Shown: positions 33,295-43,299, numbered from the stretch's first letter. The stretch: DNA of 64,000 nucleotides from Candidatus Eiseniibacteriota bacterium (GCA_035716005.1 DASTKG010000143.1:490-64489), one strand, 5' to 3'. The notes: generated from the letters alone by a model not told the origin. Program-made: numbers and translations.

Positions 33295-34003
33295 CGAAGC
33301 GACGGCCATCATCACGGGGGGCACGGGAGCCCTCGGCTCCGTCGTGACGCGCTCGTTCCTGCGCGCGGGCTATCGCTCGGCCGTGACCTATCGCGCGTCG
33401 AAGGAGTGGGAGGCGCTGGCGGCCTCGGAGAAGGCGGCCGTCGCGGAGGGCCGCCTCCTAGGATTCGCCGCCGACGTCACCGACGATGCCTCGCTGGAGG
33501 GCGCCGTCGCGTCGGCCGCGTCCGAGTTCGGCCGCCTCGACGTTCTGGTCCACGTGGCGGGCGGCTACGCCGGCGGAAGGACCGTGGAGAACCTCGACGC
33601 GAAGAGCGTGCGGGGCATGATCGACCTCAACCTCGTCTCCGCCTTCTGGGCGGCGAAGCACGTCGTCCCGCACGCCAAGAAGCATGGCCGCGGACGGCTC
33701 CTCTTCATCTCCTCGCGCGGCGCCGTGGAATGCCAGCCGGGCGCGGCGCCGTACGCGGCCGCGAAGCTCGGCCTTCACGCGCTCGTCCAGACGCTGGCCA
33801 GGGAGCTGAAGCGCGACGGCGTGACCGCCCACGCGGTCCTGCCGAGCGTCATCGATACGGCGGCGAATCGGGCCGCGATGCCGGACGGCGAGTTCGGCGA
33901 CTGGGTGAAGCCCGAAGCCATCGCCGAAGTCCTCGTGTTCCTCGCTTCCGAAAACGCCGCGGCGACGTCGGGAGCGCTCGTGCCGATCTATGGGAGGGCC
34001 TGA
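33287..34003 (+). CDS. SDR-family NAD(P)-dependent oxidoreductase
   Basis: TGGTGALG Rossmann motif and a YAAAK catalytic YxxxK. GGGAGG RBS precedes the ATG. It overlaps the batE stop by 8 nt. Confidence 0.8.
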   Translation: MDNEATAIITGGTGALGSVVTRSFLRAGYRSAVTYRASKEWEALAASEKAAVAEGRLLGFAADVTDDASLEGAVASAASEFGRLDVLVHVAGGYAGGRTVENLDAKSVRGMIDLNLVSAFWAAKHVVPHAKKHGRGRLLFISSRGAVECQPGAAPYAAAKLGLHALVQTLARELKRDGVTAHAVLPSVIDTAANRAAMPDGEFGDWVKPEAIAEVLVFLASENAAATSGALVPIYGRA

Positions 34004-35112
34004 TGAGCGACGCCCGTCCGAAGTACCAGAAGGGTCCCCGCATCGCGCCTGAGCCGCTGAAGCCCGGCGTGACCGTCGACCAGCTCGTCGACAGCACCTT
34101 CCTCGCCTACAACGGCGCGCGCTTGCGGGAGGCCTGCCGGCTCCTGGTGGAGCGGATGCTCGAACCCGACGTCACCGTGGGGCTCACCCTGAGCGGCGCC
34201 CTCACGCCGGCGGGCCTCGGACGCTCCTGCCTCATCCCGCTTCTCAAGGCCGGCTTCGTCGACTGGATGATCTCGACCGGCGCGAATCTCTACCACGACA
34301 CCCACTTCGGCATCGGCCTCACCATGCACCAGGGCCACTCGAACGCCGACGACATCGCGCTTCGCGAGCAGGGGATCGTGCGGATCTTCGACATCTTCTT
34401 CGACTACGAGGTCCTTCTCTCCACCGACGCGTTCTTCCGCGAAGTGATGCGGCAGCCCGAATTCCGCCGCCCGATGAGCACGGCCGAGTTCCACCACAGG
34501 GCCGGCCGCTACGTCGCGGAGCGGGAGAAGGCGCTGGGCCAGGTCGAGACCTCCCTGCTCGCGGCCGCGCACGGGCTCGACGTGCCGATCTACACCTCCT
34601 CGCCGGGCGATTCCTCGATCGGCATGAACGCGGCGGCGATCCAGCTCGAAGGGGAGGCGATCCACTGGGACACGTTCCAGGACGTGAACGAGACGGCCTC
34701 CATCGTCTACGGCGCGAAGAAGGTGGGCGGCAAGAGCGCCATCCTCATCCTTGGCGGAGGCTCGCCGAAGAACTTCGCGCTCCAGACGGAGCCGCAGATC
34801 CAGGAAGTCCTCGGGCTCGACGAGGCGGGGCACGACTACTTCCTGCAAGTGACCGACGCGCGCGCCGACACGGGCGGGCTCTCGGGCGCCACGCCCGGGG
34901 AGGCGGTGTCGTGGGGGAAGATCGATCCCGACCGGCTCCCCGACGCGGTGGTGGCGTACGTCGACAGCACCGTCGCGCTTCCGATCCTGACGGCGTACGC
35001 GCTCAGCAAGCGGCCGGCGCGCCCGCTGAAGCGCCTCTACGCGAAGCGCGAGTCGCTCCTTGCGGATCTGAAGGCCGCGCACGCGGAGGCGCGAGCGGCG
35101 GGGACTCGGTGA
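34003..35112 (+). CDS. deoxyhypusine synthase-like protein (DHS/homospermidine-synthase family)
   Basis: Conserved DHS C-terminal active-site motif [10 protein letters not shown] (the catalytic Lys context of eukaryotic DHS) and a glycine-rich [15 protein letters not shown] region. TGATG overlap with the SDR gene. Confidence 0.75.
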   Translation: MSDARPKYQKGPRIAPEPLKPGVTVDQLVDSTFLAYNGARLREACRLLVERMLEPDVTVGLTLSGALTPAGLGRSCLIPLLKAGFVDWMISTGANLYHDTHFGIGLTMHQGHSNADDIALREQGIVRIFDIFFDYEVLLSTDAFFREVMRQPEFRRPMSTAEFHHRAGRYVAEREKALGQVETSLLAAAHGLDVPIYTSSPGDSSIGMNAAAIQLEGEAIHWDTFQDVNETASIVYGAKKVGGKSAILILGGGSPKNFALQTEPQIQEVLGLDEAGHDYFLQVTDARADTGGLSGATPGEAVSWGKIDPDRLPDAVVAYVDSTVALPILTAYALSKRPARPLKRLYAKRESLLADLKAAHAEARAAGTR

Positions 35113-36257
35113 CCCTCGCTCGGAGAGCGTGGGGCGCCGCGGTCGCGTTCCTCGCGCTGGCGTCGTCGTCCGGATGGGTGCCGAGCGCCGCCGGAGCCCC
35201 CTATCCGCCGTCCCAATTCTGCGGCGCGTGCCACGGTCCGCTCCGGACGCAGTGGGCGGCGTCGGGTCACGCCACGTCGTGGACCAACCCCGTCTTTCAG
35301 GCGTTCCTGGCCCAGGCGACGGAGACGCTCGGCAAGGACGTCCAGGCGTCGTGCATTCCGTGCCACGCCCCGCTGGCGCACGTGACGGGGGACTTGAAGG
35401 TGGACGACGCGGTCGCGAAGGAGGGGGTCACCTGCAACTTCTGCCACAACGTGAGCGCCGTCGATCCCTCGACGAAAGCCGGCTCCTACACGTTCGATCC
35501 GTCGAACCCGAATCTCATGCGCGGACCGTACAAGGACGCCGATCCGGCCGGGGCGCACGAGGCGGTCTATAGCGAGGTCCACACGAAGTCGGAATTCTGC
35601 GCGGCGTGCCACTCCTTCACGCACCCTCGGAGCGGAGTCCTGATCGAGGGGACTTACCTTTCCTGGAAGCGCTCCGGCGGCGCCGAGTACGACATGACGT
35701 GCCAGGAGTGCCACATGCCGCCGACGTCCGGACGCGCCGCCACGGTCACGGAGAAGACGCGCAGCGCCGTCTATTCGCACCTCTTCGCGGGTCCGCGGAA
35801 GGCGCCCGCGATGCTCGACGACGCCGCGGCCATGAAGGGCTCGGTGGCGGGAGGGCGGCTTCGCCTGGAGGTCGAGAACACGAAGGCGGGGCACTCGCTT
35901 CCCGGCGGCGGCAATTCGATGCGAACGATCACCCTCGACGTCGTCTTCAAGAACGCCGCCGGCGCCGAGGTGCAGTCCATTCAAGCCGAGCGATTCGGCA
36001 CCGAGTTCGCCGACGCCGAGGGCGTCTTCCCGGTTCCGAAGTGGAACGCGCATTCGGTCGCGCGCGACACGGAGATCGGGCCCGACTCCTCGCGCGTCGT
36101 TTGGTGCGACATTCCGGCGGGAGCCTCCCGCGCGGACGCCGTCCTCACGTATCACGCGATCCATCCCGCCTATCGAGCGATGCTCGTGAAGCGCGGGGTC
36201 GATCTTTCCGGCCGCGCCCCGATCGTGCTGGCGCGGACCACGGTGACCTTGCCATGA
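35109..36257 (+). CDS. pentaheme c-type cytochrome (periplasmic)
   Basis: Signal peptide and five CxxCH motifs (CGACH, CIPCH, CNFCH, CAACH, CQECH). The GTG overlaps the DHS stop. Confidence 0.75.
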   Translation: MTLARRAWGAAVAFLALASSSGWVPSAAGAPYPPSQFCGACHGPLRTQWAASGHATSWTNPVFQAFLAQATETLGKDVQASCIPCHAPLAHVTGDLKVDDAVAKEGVTCNFCHNVSAVDPSTKAGSYTFDPSNPNLMRGPYKDADPAGAHEAVYSEVHTKSEFCAACHSFTHPRSGVLIEGTYLSWKRSGGAEYDMTCQECHMPPTSGRAATVTEKTRSAVYSHLFAGPRKAPAMLDDAAAMKGSVAGGRLRLEVENTKAGHSLPGGGNSMRTITLDVVFKNAAGAEVQSIQAERFGTEFADAEGVFPVPKWNAHSVARDTEIGPDSSRVVWCDIPAGASRADAVLTYHAIHPAYRAMLVKRGVDLSGRAPIVLARTTVTLP

Positions 36258-37387
36258 GCGCTTCCACCACCGAACGCCCCATTCCGCTTCTCGACCTCGC
36301 CGCCCTCCACCGGCCGCTGACCGACGAATTGCGCCAGGCCTTCGACCGGGTTCTCGCGTCGGGGCAGTTCATCCTGGGGGCCGAGCACGACGCCTTCGAG
36401 CGGGAGCTGGCGGCCGCGTGCGGAACGAAGCACGCCGTCGGGCTCTCCTCGGGCACGTCGGCCATCTCGGTCGGGCTCCAGGCCCTCGGCGTGAAGCCGG
36501 GGGACGAGGTCGTCGTTCCGGCGTTCACCTACTTCGCCACGGCGAGCGCCGTCTATCACGCGGGCGCCACGCCGGTCTTCGCCGACGTGGAGCCGGCGCG
36601 CTTCGGCCTCGATCCGGCCGCGCTCGAGGCGGCGATCACGCCGAGGACGAAGGCCGTCGTCCCGGTTCATCTCTACGGCCTCGCCTGCGATCTCGCCCCG
36701 CTCGTCGAGATCGGCGCCCGGCGGGGGATACCTCTCCTCGAGGACGCGGCGCAGGCGATCGGCGCGACCGACGGCGGGCGCCCCGTGGGGGCGACCACCG
36801 CGGGGGCGACCCTCTCCTTCTTCCCGACGAAGAATCTCGGCGCGCTCGGCGACGCCGGCGCGCTCCTCACCGATCGCGACGACGTGGCCCAGAGAACGCG
36901 CCTCCTGCGCGTCCACGGCGACGCCGGCGACTATCGCCACACGGCGCTCGGCACGAACGCTAGGCTCGACGGACTGCAGGCGGCGCTCCTCCGCGTGAAG
37001 CTTCGCCACCTTGCCGGGTGGACCGAGGCGCGCCGGCGGAACGCGGCGCTCTATCGCGAGGCGCTGGCCGGAACGCCGGTCGTCCTCCCCGTGGAGCCGG
37101 CGGGGGCCGTGCACACGTACCACCAGTTCACCATTCGCGCGCCGCGCCGCGACGAACTCCAGCGGCATCTGAAGGAGAGCGGCATCGCGTCGCGCATCTA
37201 CTATCCGATCCCGGTGCCGGCGCAGCCCTGCTTCGAGGGCGCGGCCGCCGTCGGGAAATACCCCGTCTCCGATCGGCTGGCGGGGGAAGTTCTCTCGCTT
37301 CCGATCGGTCCCGAGCTGACGTCCGAGTCGATCGATCGGATCGCGGGCGCCATCCGCGGCTTCTACGGCGGGGGCGGGGGCTCCTGA
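36254..37387 (+). CDS. DegT/DnrJ/EryC1/StrS-family PLP-dependent sugar aminotransferase
   Basis: LSFFPTKNLGALGDAG PLP-lysine motif and the family N-terminus LLDL..L...L..A...VL.SG. Confidence 0.8.
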   Translation: MSASTTERPIPLLDLAALHRPLTDELRQAFDRVLASGQFILGAEHDAFERELAAACGTKHAVGLSSGTSAISVGLQALGVKPGDEVVVPAFTYFATASAVYHAGATPVFADVEPARFGLDPAALEAAITPRTKAVVPVHLYGLACDLAPLVEIGARRGIPLLEDAAQAIGATDGGRPVGATTAGATLSFFPTKNLGALGDAGALLTDRDDVAQRTRLLRVHGDAGDYRHTALGTNARLDGLQAALLRVKLRHLAGWTEARRRNAALYREALAGTPVVLPVEPAGAVHTYHQFTIRAPRRDELQRHLKESGIASRIYYPIPVPAQPCFEGAAAVGKYPVSDRLAGEVLSLPIGPELTSESIDRIAGAIRGFYGGGGGS

Positions 37388-39870
37388 TGCCGACTCCTTC
37401 GCGTCTCGTCCGCATCGGTCTCATCGCGGCGGGCTCGCTCGTCGGGCTCGTCGTGCTCGTGCTCGGTCTCGCGTACGCGTTCATGCCGCGCGACTGGATC
37501 GACAAGGAGGCGCGGCGGCAAGCGGCGCTGATGAGCGGCGCCGCCGTGAGCTGGAAGAGCCTCGAGCCGGGCTTCGACGGCCTCTCGATCGGCGTCCGGA
37601 TCTCGGGCCTCGCGGTCACGATGCCGAAGCAGGGCGATCCGCGACTCGACCTCCGCGCGAAAGAGGTCTTCGTCCGCTTCCGGATCCTTCCGCTCCTCAT
37701 GCGGCGCGTGGAGATCGCCGCCGCGAAGGTGAGCGACGCGGGAATCGCCATGTGGGATCGGGGCCCGCTGCCGCAGGCGCCGGCCGCGGCGCCGGGAAGC
37801 GCGCCGGGGCCGGGAATGGCCCTCGTCCTGCCGAAGCTCGAGCTGGACGGCATCGACGTCCGGACGCGAGACCTGTTCGGCGGCGGCATCGATCTCCGGC
37901 GGATCCGCGGAACGACCGAGATCGAGGGGACGCTCGACGCTCCGCGGGCGGTCCGCCTCGAGGCGTCCGCGGAGAGCCTCTTCTGGAAGGGCTCGGCGCG
38001 CGATCCGCTCATCGCGCTCCCCTCGCCGCTTCACGCCGACATCGCCATGCGGGGAAGCGGCGGCGCGCTGCCGAAGCTCGACGTGACGCGCGGCGTGGTG
38101 ACGCTCGGCCCGCTGAAGAGCGACGTGAGAGGCTCGGTGACGCTCCCGCCGGCCCCCGCTCCGGCGCGGCTCGATCTCGCGATCGTCGGTGCGCCGCAGG
38201 AGATCCGGTCGAGCGATCCGGCCTTCCGGGGCTTCGCCGCCGCCTCGCCCGCGGCGTGGTCGACGAAGGCCTCCTGGGACGTGAAGATCGCCGGGACGGC
38301 GGAGGCGCCCGTCCAGTCGGGCTCGGCGAAGCTGGCGCCGCTCCAGGTGGAATCGGGGCCGAACAAGTTCGCGCTCGATCAGGTGCGAGCCGACTGGAGC
38401 GTCACGCCCGACAAGCGCTTCACCGCGACGGCCGACGGGAACGGATCGGGCGTCACGCTTCGGCTCGACATGCAGGGATCGACCGAGCCGGGCGGCGAGT
38501 CGAACGGGACCTTCCAGCTCGACGCGCCCGCGACGAGGCTGAACGGGCTCGCGCCGAACACGCCCACCTGGGCGAGCGGCGCCCTCGGTCTTCGCGCGGT
38601 CTTCGTGAATCGCGCCCCGAAGCCGCCGGCGGTCCAGTGGACGCTCCAAGGGCGCGACCTGAGCGGCACCTCGCCCGGCGTTCAGCCTCCCATCAAGCGG
38701 CTCCAGTTCGCGCTCGCGGGCGACATGGAACGCGTCGACGTGAAGTCGCTCGTCGCCACGATCGGCTCCACGACGGCGAACGTCACGGGGAACGTGCTCA
38801 TGGGGAAACCGCTCGGGACGGGCACCTTCACTGTCCGCGTGGACCGGTTCATCGCGGAGGAGTGGTCGCCCCCGAAGGGCGCGGCGCCGGCGACGCCGGC
38901 GGCGGGGAAGGGAGCGTCCGCTGCGCCGCCACCCCCGATTCCGTTCAAGCGGCTCACGGCGGACGTCGCGGTCGGGGAATTGAGGCAGGGAACCATGACG
39001 CTCCGCGACGTGACCGTGCCCGTCGTCTTCGAGAACGGCACGCTCACCATGGCCCCGATTCGGGCCTCGATGGGAACGGGAACGATCGCCGGCGCGCTGA
39101 CGCTGAACGATCTCGTCACGAAGCCCTCCTACGCCGTGAAGCTCGACGTGGTGAAGGCGCCGGTGGACGAACTCGCCCGGGGAATGATCCCCTTCAAGCT
39201 CGGTCTCTCCGGCCTCGTGAGCGGCAACGTCGATCTCGCCGGCCCCGGGCTGCCGGGTCCGGAGGTGAGCGATCAGCTGCGAGGCACCCTCACGGGGACG
39301 GTGGAGCAGGGAAAGATCGCCGAGAGCGAAGGGCTGAAGCAGATTCGCGGCGCGCTGGGGCTCGGGAACACCTCGGACGTCGCCTTCCGGACCCTCTCGC
39401 ACGTTCTTCGGATCGAGGGCGGCCGGCTACTCCTCGACAAGGTCAAAGGCGACCTCGGCGCCGACAAGTTCGAATTGACCGGCGCGCTCGGCATGGACAA
39501 GTCGCTCAATCTGGGCCTCCTCCTCCGGCTCGCGCCGGAGCGGGTGAAGGGGAACAGCACCCTGGCGCAGTTCGCGCGCCTGGCTCGCGACGCGGACGGG
39601 CGCCTGCCGGTCGAGCTCGGGATCGGCGGGACGACGGACGCGCCGAGGGTCCAGTTGAAGGCCGGCAAGCTCCTCGACGTCGCGGGGCAGAGCCTGAAGG
39701 AAGAGCTGACGAAGTCGCTCACGAAGCAGCTCACGCCGAAGACGCCGCCGGCCGCGGCGGACTCGGCGCGCGGGCGAGGCGACTCGGCCGCGGCGAAGCC
39801 CGACAGCGCGAAGCAGGAGGACCCGCTCCGGAAGGAGAAAGAGGCCCTCCGGCGCCTCCTCGGCAAGTGA
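37387..39870 (+). CDS. AsmA-family protein (N-terminal TM anchor, large periplasmic beta-rich domain)
   Basis: TM LVRIGLIAAGSLVGLVVLVLGLAY followed by ~800 aa of AsmA-like low-complexity beta-rich sequence. TGATG overlap with the upstream gene. Confidence 0.65.
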   Translation: MPTPSRLVRIGLIAAGSLVGLVVLVLGLAYAFMPRDWIDKEARRQAALMSGAAVSWKSLEPGFDGLSIGVRISGLAVTMPKQGDPRLDLRAKEVFVRFRILPLLMRRVEIAAAKVSDAGIAMWDRGPLPQAPAAAPGSAPGPGMALVLPKLELDGIDVRTRDLFGGGIDLRRIRGTTEIEGTLDAPRAVRLEASAESLFWKGSARDPLIALPSPLHADIAMRGSGGALPKLDVTRGVVTLGPLKSDVRGSVTLPPAPAPARLDLAIVGAPQEIRSSDPAFRGFAAASPAAWSTKASWDVKIAGTAEAPVQSGSAKLAPLQVESGPNKFALDQVRADWSVTPDKRFTATADGNGSGVTLRLDMQGSTEPGGESNGTFQLDAPATRLNGLAPNTPTWASGALGLRAVFVNRAPKPPAVQWTLQGRDLSGTSPGVQPPIKRLQFALAGDMERVDVKSLVATIGSTTANVTGNVLMGKPLGTGTFTVRVDRFIAEEWSPPKGAAPATPAAGKGASAAPPPPIPFKRLTADVAVGELRQGTMTLRDVTVPVVFENGTLTMAPIRASMGTGTIAGALTLNDLVTKPSYAVKLDVVKAPVDELARGMIPFKLGLSGLVSGNVDLAGPGLPGPEVSDQLRGTLTGTVEQGKIAESEGLKQIRGALGLGNTSDVAFRTLSHVLRIEGGRLLLDKVKGDLGADKFELTGALGMDKSLNLGLLLRLAPERVKGNSTLAQFARLARDADGRLPVELGIGGTTDAPRVQLKAGKLLDVAGQSLKEELTKSLTKQLTPKTPPAAADSARGRGDSAAAKPDSAKQEDPLRKEKEALRRLLGK

Positions 39871-40883
39871 GCGCGCCGGCCAAGGGGCCCGCCATCGAGA
39901 CGGCGGGGCTGACGCGCACGTTCCACACGCGCCGCGAACGCGACGTGCTGGCCCTGCGCGGCGTCGATCTCCGCGTGGAGCGCGGCGAGTGCTTCGGGCT
40001 CCTGGGGCCGAACGGCGCCGGGAAGAGCACCCTCATCAAGATCCTCACGACGCTCCTTCTTCCCACGTCGGGGAGCGCCCGCGTCGCGGGCTTCGACGTG
40101 GCGAAGGAGGCGCTCGCCGTCCGTCATCGGATCAACCTCGTCTCGGGCGGCGACTCGTCGGGCTACGGCATTCTCACCGTGCGGGAGACGCTCCACCTCT
40201 TCGCGCGCTTCTACGGCGTGCCGTGGCCCGAGGCGAAGCGGCGCGCCGAGGAGCTGATGGAGATCACCGGGCTCGGTCCCAAGGCCGACACGCGGATGTC
40301 GGGGCTCTCCACGGGAATGAAGCAGAAGGTGAACTTCGCGCGCGGGTTCATGAGCGACCCCGAGATCGTCTTCCTCGACGAGCCGACCCTCGGTCTCGAC
40401 GTGGAGGCGTCGCGGGCCATCCGGAGCTTCATCGCGCGTTGGGTGCGGGAGCGCCCCGATCGCACGGTGCTCCTCACCACCCACTACATGGTGGAGGCGG
40501 ACGAGCTCTGCTGGCGCGTCGCCATCATCGATCACGGGAGGATCCTCGCGCTCGACACGCCGCGCGCCCTGAAGCGCGCGCTTCCCGAGGAAACGGTCTT
40601 CGTCCTCCACCTCGCCGCGCCGCCGCCCGCCGGCTGGGACGCGGGGATCGGGGGGATCGAGTCGGCGATCCATCAGACGCACCCGGGGACGGGCGGAACC
40701 GAGCTTCGGGTCACGCTGCGCGAGGATCAGGTGATCGGGGAGATCCTCGGCGCCTTCCGCCAGCGCGACATCGAGGTGCTCGATCTCACGAAGCACGAGC
40801 CGACCCTCGAGAGCGTCTTCGTGAATCTGGTCGGGCGCGGGCTCGACGAGGCGGACGCGCCGGAGGCGGAGGCGCGCGCGTGA
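39867..40883 (+). CDS. ABC transporter ATP-binding protein
   Basis: Walker A GPNGAGKST, ABC signature LSTGMKQKV and Walker B VFLDEPT. The GTG overlaps the AsmA stop. Confidence 0.85.
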   Translation: MSAPAKGPAIETAGLTRTFHTRRERDVLALRGVDLRVERGECFGLLGPNGAGKSTLIKILTTLLLPTSGSARVAGFDVAKEALAVRHRINLVSGGDSSGYGILTVRETLHLFARFYGVPWPEAKRRAEELMEITGLGPKADTRMSGLSTGMKQKVNFARGFMSDPEIVFLDEPTLGLDVEASRAIRSFIARWVRERPDRTVLLTTHYMVEADELCWRVAIIDHGRILALDTPRALKRALPEETVFVLHLAAPPPAGWDAGIGGIESAIHQTHPGTGGTELRVTLREDQVIGEILGAFRQRDIEVLDLTKHEPTLESVFVNLVGRGLDEADAPEAEARA

Positions 40884-41716
40884 GCCGCGAGCCTCGAACG
40901 TTCGCCGACGTCCTCCGGATGAACCTCGGCGCGGTGACGGCCCGCGCGAGCGTCCGCATGGTCGCGGCCTTCCGCGAGCGTTCCTGGCTCTTCGGAGAGA
41001 CGGTCTTCCCGTTCCTCTCCATGTCGACCTTCGTGCTCGTCTACCGGGGGCTCCACGCGCCGCCCGCGTTCGAGGCGTTCGCCGTGCTGGGGGGCGCCAT
41101 GATCGCGTACTGGAACAACGTCCTCTGGAGCATGGCGAGCCAGTTCTTCTGGGAGAAGGAGCAGGGGCAGCTTCAGCTCTATCTCATCACTCCCGTCTCC
41201 CGCATGTCGATTCTCCTCGGCATGGCCCTCGGCGGCATGCTCGCCACGACGACGCGCGCGATCGTGATCCTCGCGGCCGGACTCTGGATCTTCCACGTCC
41301 CGTTCCCGCTCGAGCGGGTTCCGGCCGCGCTCGGTCTCTTCGTGCTCACGCTCGGCGCTCTCTACGGACTCGGCATGATCCTGAGCAGCGTATTCCTGCT
41401 GTGGGGACGCGAAGCCTGGAACACGGTCACCCTCTTCCAGGAGCCGGTCTATCTCGCCTCGGGCTTCTACTTCCCGGTCCGAGCGCTCGGCACCTTCGTC
41501 GCCTCCGCGGCGGGGCTGATCCCGATCACGCTCGGTCTCGACGGCATCCGCCAGATCTTCTACGGCGAGGCGGCGCGGGGCTTCCTGCCCCTCGCGTGGA
41601 TCGTGCCGATCCAGGCCGTGCTCCTCGTTCTCTATCTCTTCCTCGCGCACCGCGCGCTTCTCACGATGGAGAACCTCGGCAAGCGGGAGGGGAGGCTCAC
41701 GATTCGTGGCGGCTGA
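40880..41716 (+). CDS. ABC-2 type transporter permease
   Basis: Six predicted TM helices of the ABC-2 exporter family. The GTG overlaps the ATPase stop. Confidence 0.75.
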   Translation: MSREPRTFADVLRMNLGAVTARASVRMVAAFRERSWLFGETVFPFLSMSTFVLVYRGLHAPPAFEAFAVLGGAMIAYWNNVLWSMASQFFWEKEQGQLQLYLITPVSRMSILLGMALGGMLATTTRAIVILAAGLWIFHVPFPLERVPAALGLFVLTLGALYGLGMILSSVFLLWGREAWNTVTLFQEPVYLASGFYFPVRALGTFVASAAGLIPITLGLDGIRQIFYGEAARGFLPLAWIVPIQAVLLVLYLFLAHRALLTMENLGKREGRLTIRGG

Positions 41717-42575
41717 CGGCGGGGGATTCGGCCTGAAGCGGATGTGGGAGACGATGCGCGCCGGAGCGTGGATCGGCTGGCAGGTGGAGGCCAACTGGGC
41801 CGATCCGTTCCTCTTCCTCGTCTTCGCCATCGCGAAGCCGCTCTCGACGACCCTCATTCTCTATCTCATGACGAAGGTCGTGTCGGGCGGCGCCGTGACG
41901 CCCGCCGCGTTCCATCAACTCTTCATCGGGAACACCTTCTTCCTCTACGTGACCGAGGTCTTGATCGGCATCTCGTGGGCCGTCTTTCGCGATCGCGAGG
42001 ACTACGAGACGATGAAGTACATCTACACCTCGCCGATCCGCTTCCTCCACTATCTCCTGGGGCGGGGACTGACGAAGGTGGCGACGGCGTCGATCGGCAT
42101 CGCCTGCGCGCTCGCGTTCGGCGCCCTCGTTCTCGGCGTCCCGCTCCGTCACGACCCGGCGACGCTCGCCAAGCTCCTCGCCGTCACCATCGTCGGGCTG
42201 GTCGGCGTGATGTGGCTCGGCGTCTCGTTGGCGGGGATCTCGCTCGTGGTGGCGCGTCACAGCATCACTCTGAACGAGGGACTGAGCGGCGTCTTCTACC
42301 TGCTCTGCGGCGCCGTCTTCCCGATCGACGTCCTGCCGAGCTTCGCGCAGCGAATTTCCCTCCTGCTGCCGTTCACCTACTGGCTGGAGCTCCTGCGCAG
42401 AGTCCTGACGGGGATTCCGTACTCGGGGGCCTTGCGGGGAATGGACGACGCGGCGCTCGGAACGATCCTCGTCGCGACCACGCTCGCCACGATGATCGGG
42501 GGCTATCTCTGGTTCTCGTGGTGCGAGCGGACGGCGCGGGCTCGCGGCCTCATCGATTGGAAGTCGAACTACTGA
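41706..42575 (+). CDS. ABC-2 type transporter permease (second subunit)
   Basis: Polytopic membrane protein paralogous to the upstream permease. An alternative ATG lies at 41742. Confidence 0.7.
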   Translation: MAADGGGFGLKRMWETMRAGAWIGWQVEANWADPFLFLVFAIAKPLSTTLILYLMTKVVSGGAVTPAAFHQLFIGNTFFLYVTEVLIGISWAVFRDREDYETMKYIYTSPIRFLHYLLGRGLTKVATASIGIACALAFGALVLGVPLRHDPATLAKLLAVTIVGLVGVMWLGVSLAGISLVVARHSITLNEGLSGVFYLLCGAVFPIDVLPSFAQRISLLLPFTYWLELLRRVLTGIPYSGALRGMDDAALGTILVATTLATMIGGYLWFSWCERTARARGLIDWKSNY

Positions 42576-42591
42576 TCGCCGGGCCGAGGTC

Positions 42592-43098
42592 TCAGGCCGT
42601 GCTGCGAGTCGCCGACTTCTTCCCGCCGCGGAGCGTTCTCCCGAGGAAAACGTTCAGCGGGTGGCTGCGCGGCAGAATCGGCAGCACCGGGGGACGCCGC
42701 ACGCCGAGTTTCCGGAGCGCGTCGTGCGCGGCGTCGTAGCTCGGATTCCACGAGAGCGCCTGGTTGAACGACTTGATGGCATCGGGCTTCCGGCCCGCCA
42801 GGACGTAGACCTCGCCCAGGTTGTAGTAGTGCTCGGGGCGATGGTACTCGGCCTCGATGGCGCGCCGGCAGAGCTGCTCGGCGTCGCTGTACTTCCGCTG
42901 AGCGTGGGCCGTCGCCAGCCCCAAATAGCTCAGGTATCCCTTGGAGTGCGGTTCGAGAACGACCGCCTCCTGGAAGTGCGTGAGAGCGTCCTGGTAGCGG
43001 CAGGCGTAGAGCATACGGACCCCCGACAGGAACTCCTCGTGGCCCATGGCGCCCACGACGGCGATCTGGCGCTGACGGCGCTGCCTCGGACTGATCAT
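42592..43098 (-). CDS. TPR-repeat protein
   Basis: TPR-like helices (YNLGEVYVLAGRKPDAIKSFNQAL). The preferred start is the internal Met (MISPRQ) preceded by GGGAGGAAA. The track ORF extends to 43131. Confidence 0.6.
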   Translation of the reverse strand: MISPRQRRQRQIAVVGAMGHEEFLSGVRMLYACRYQDALTHFQEAVVLEPHSKGYLSYLGLATAHAQRKYSDAEQLCRRAIEAEYHRPEHYYNLGEVYVLAGRKPDAIKSFNQALSWNPSYDAAHDALRKLGVRRPPVLPILPRSHPLNVFLGRTLRGGKKSATRSTA

Positions 43099-43299
43099 GG
43101 CGTATTTCCTCCCGTCCCATTCATGTCGCAAGGGGCGTGCCGGGGATGGCGAGAGGGGAGGGTATTTTAGGGTTTCGTCAACCCTATGGAATCATTGGGG
43201 TTGAAGGCTGGGTCACCAGGTGCCCTTCGACGAATCGCGCGGAGCCAAGAACTTCTTGCCACGCCGGGATTGCGTCTTGTAACGTAGAAACACGGGGGC

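Noticed and set aside
43245-43275. Possible sigma54 promoter (TTGCCACGCCGGGATTGCG) upstream of ptsN
   Set aside because: The -24 element reads GC rather than GG, and the spacing between the GG and GC elements is 12 nt, not 10. It does not fit the TGGCACG-N4-TTGC consensus.
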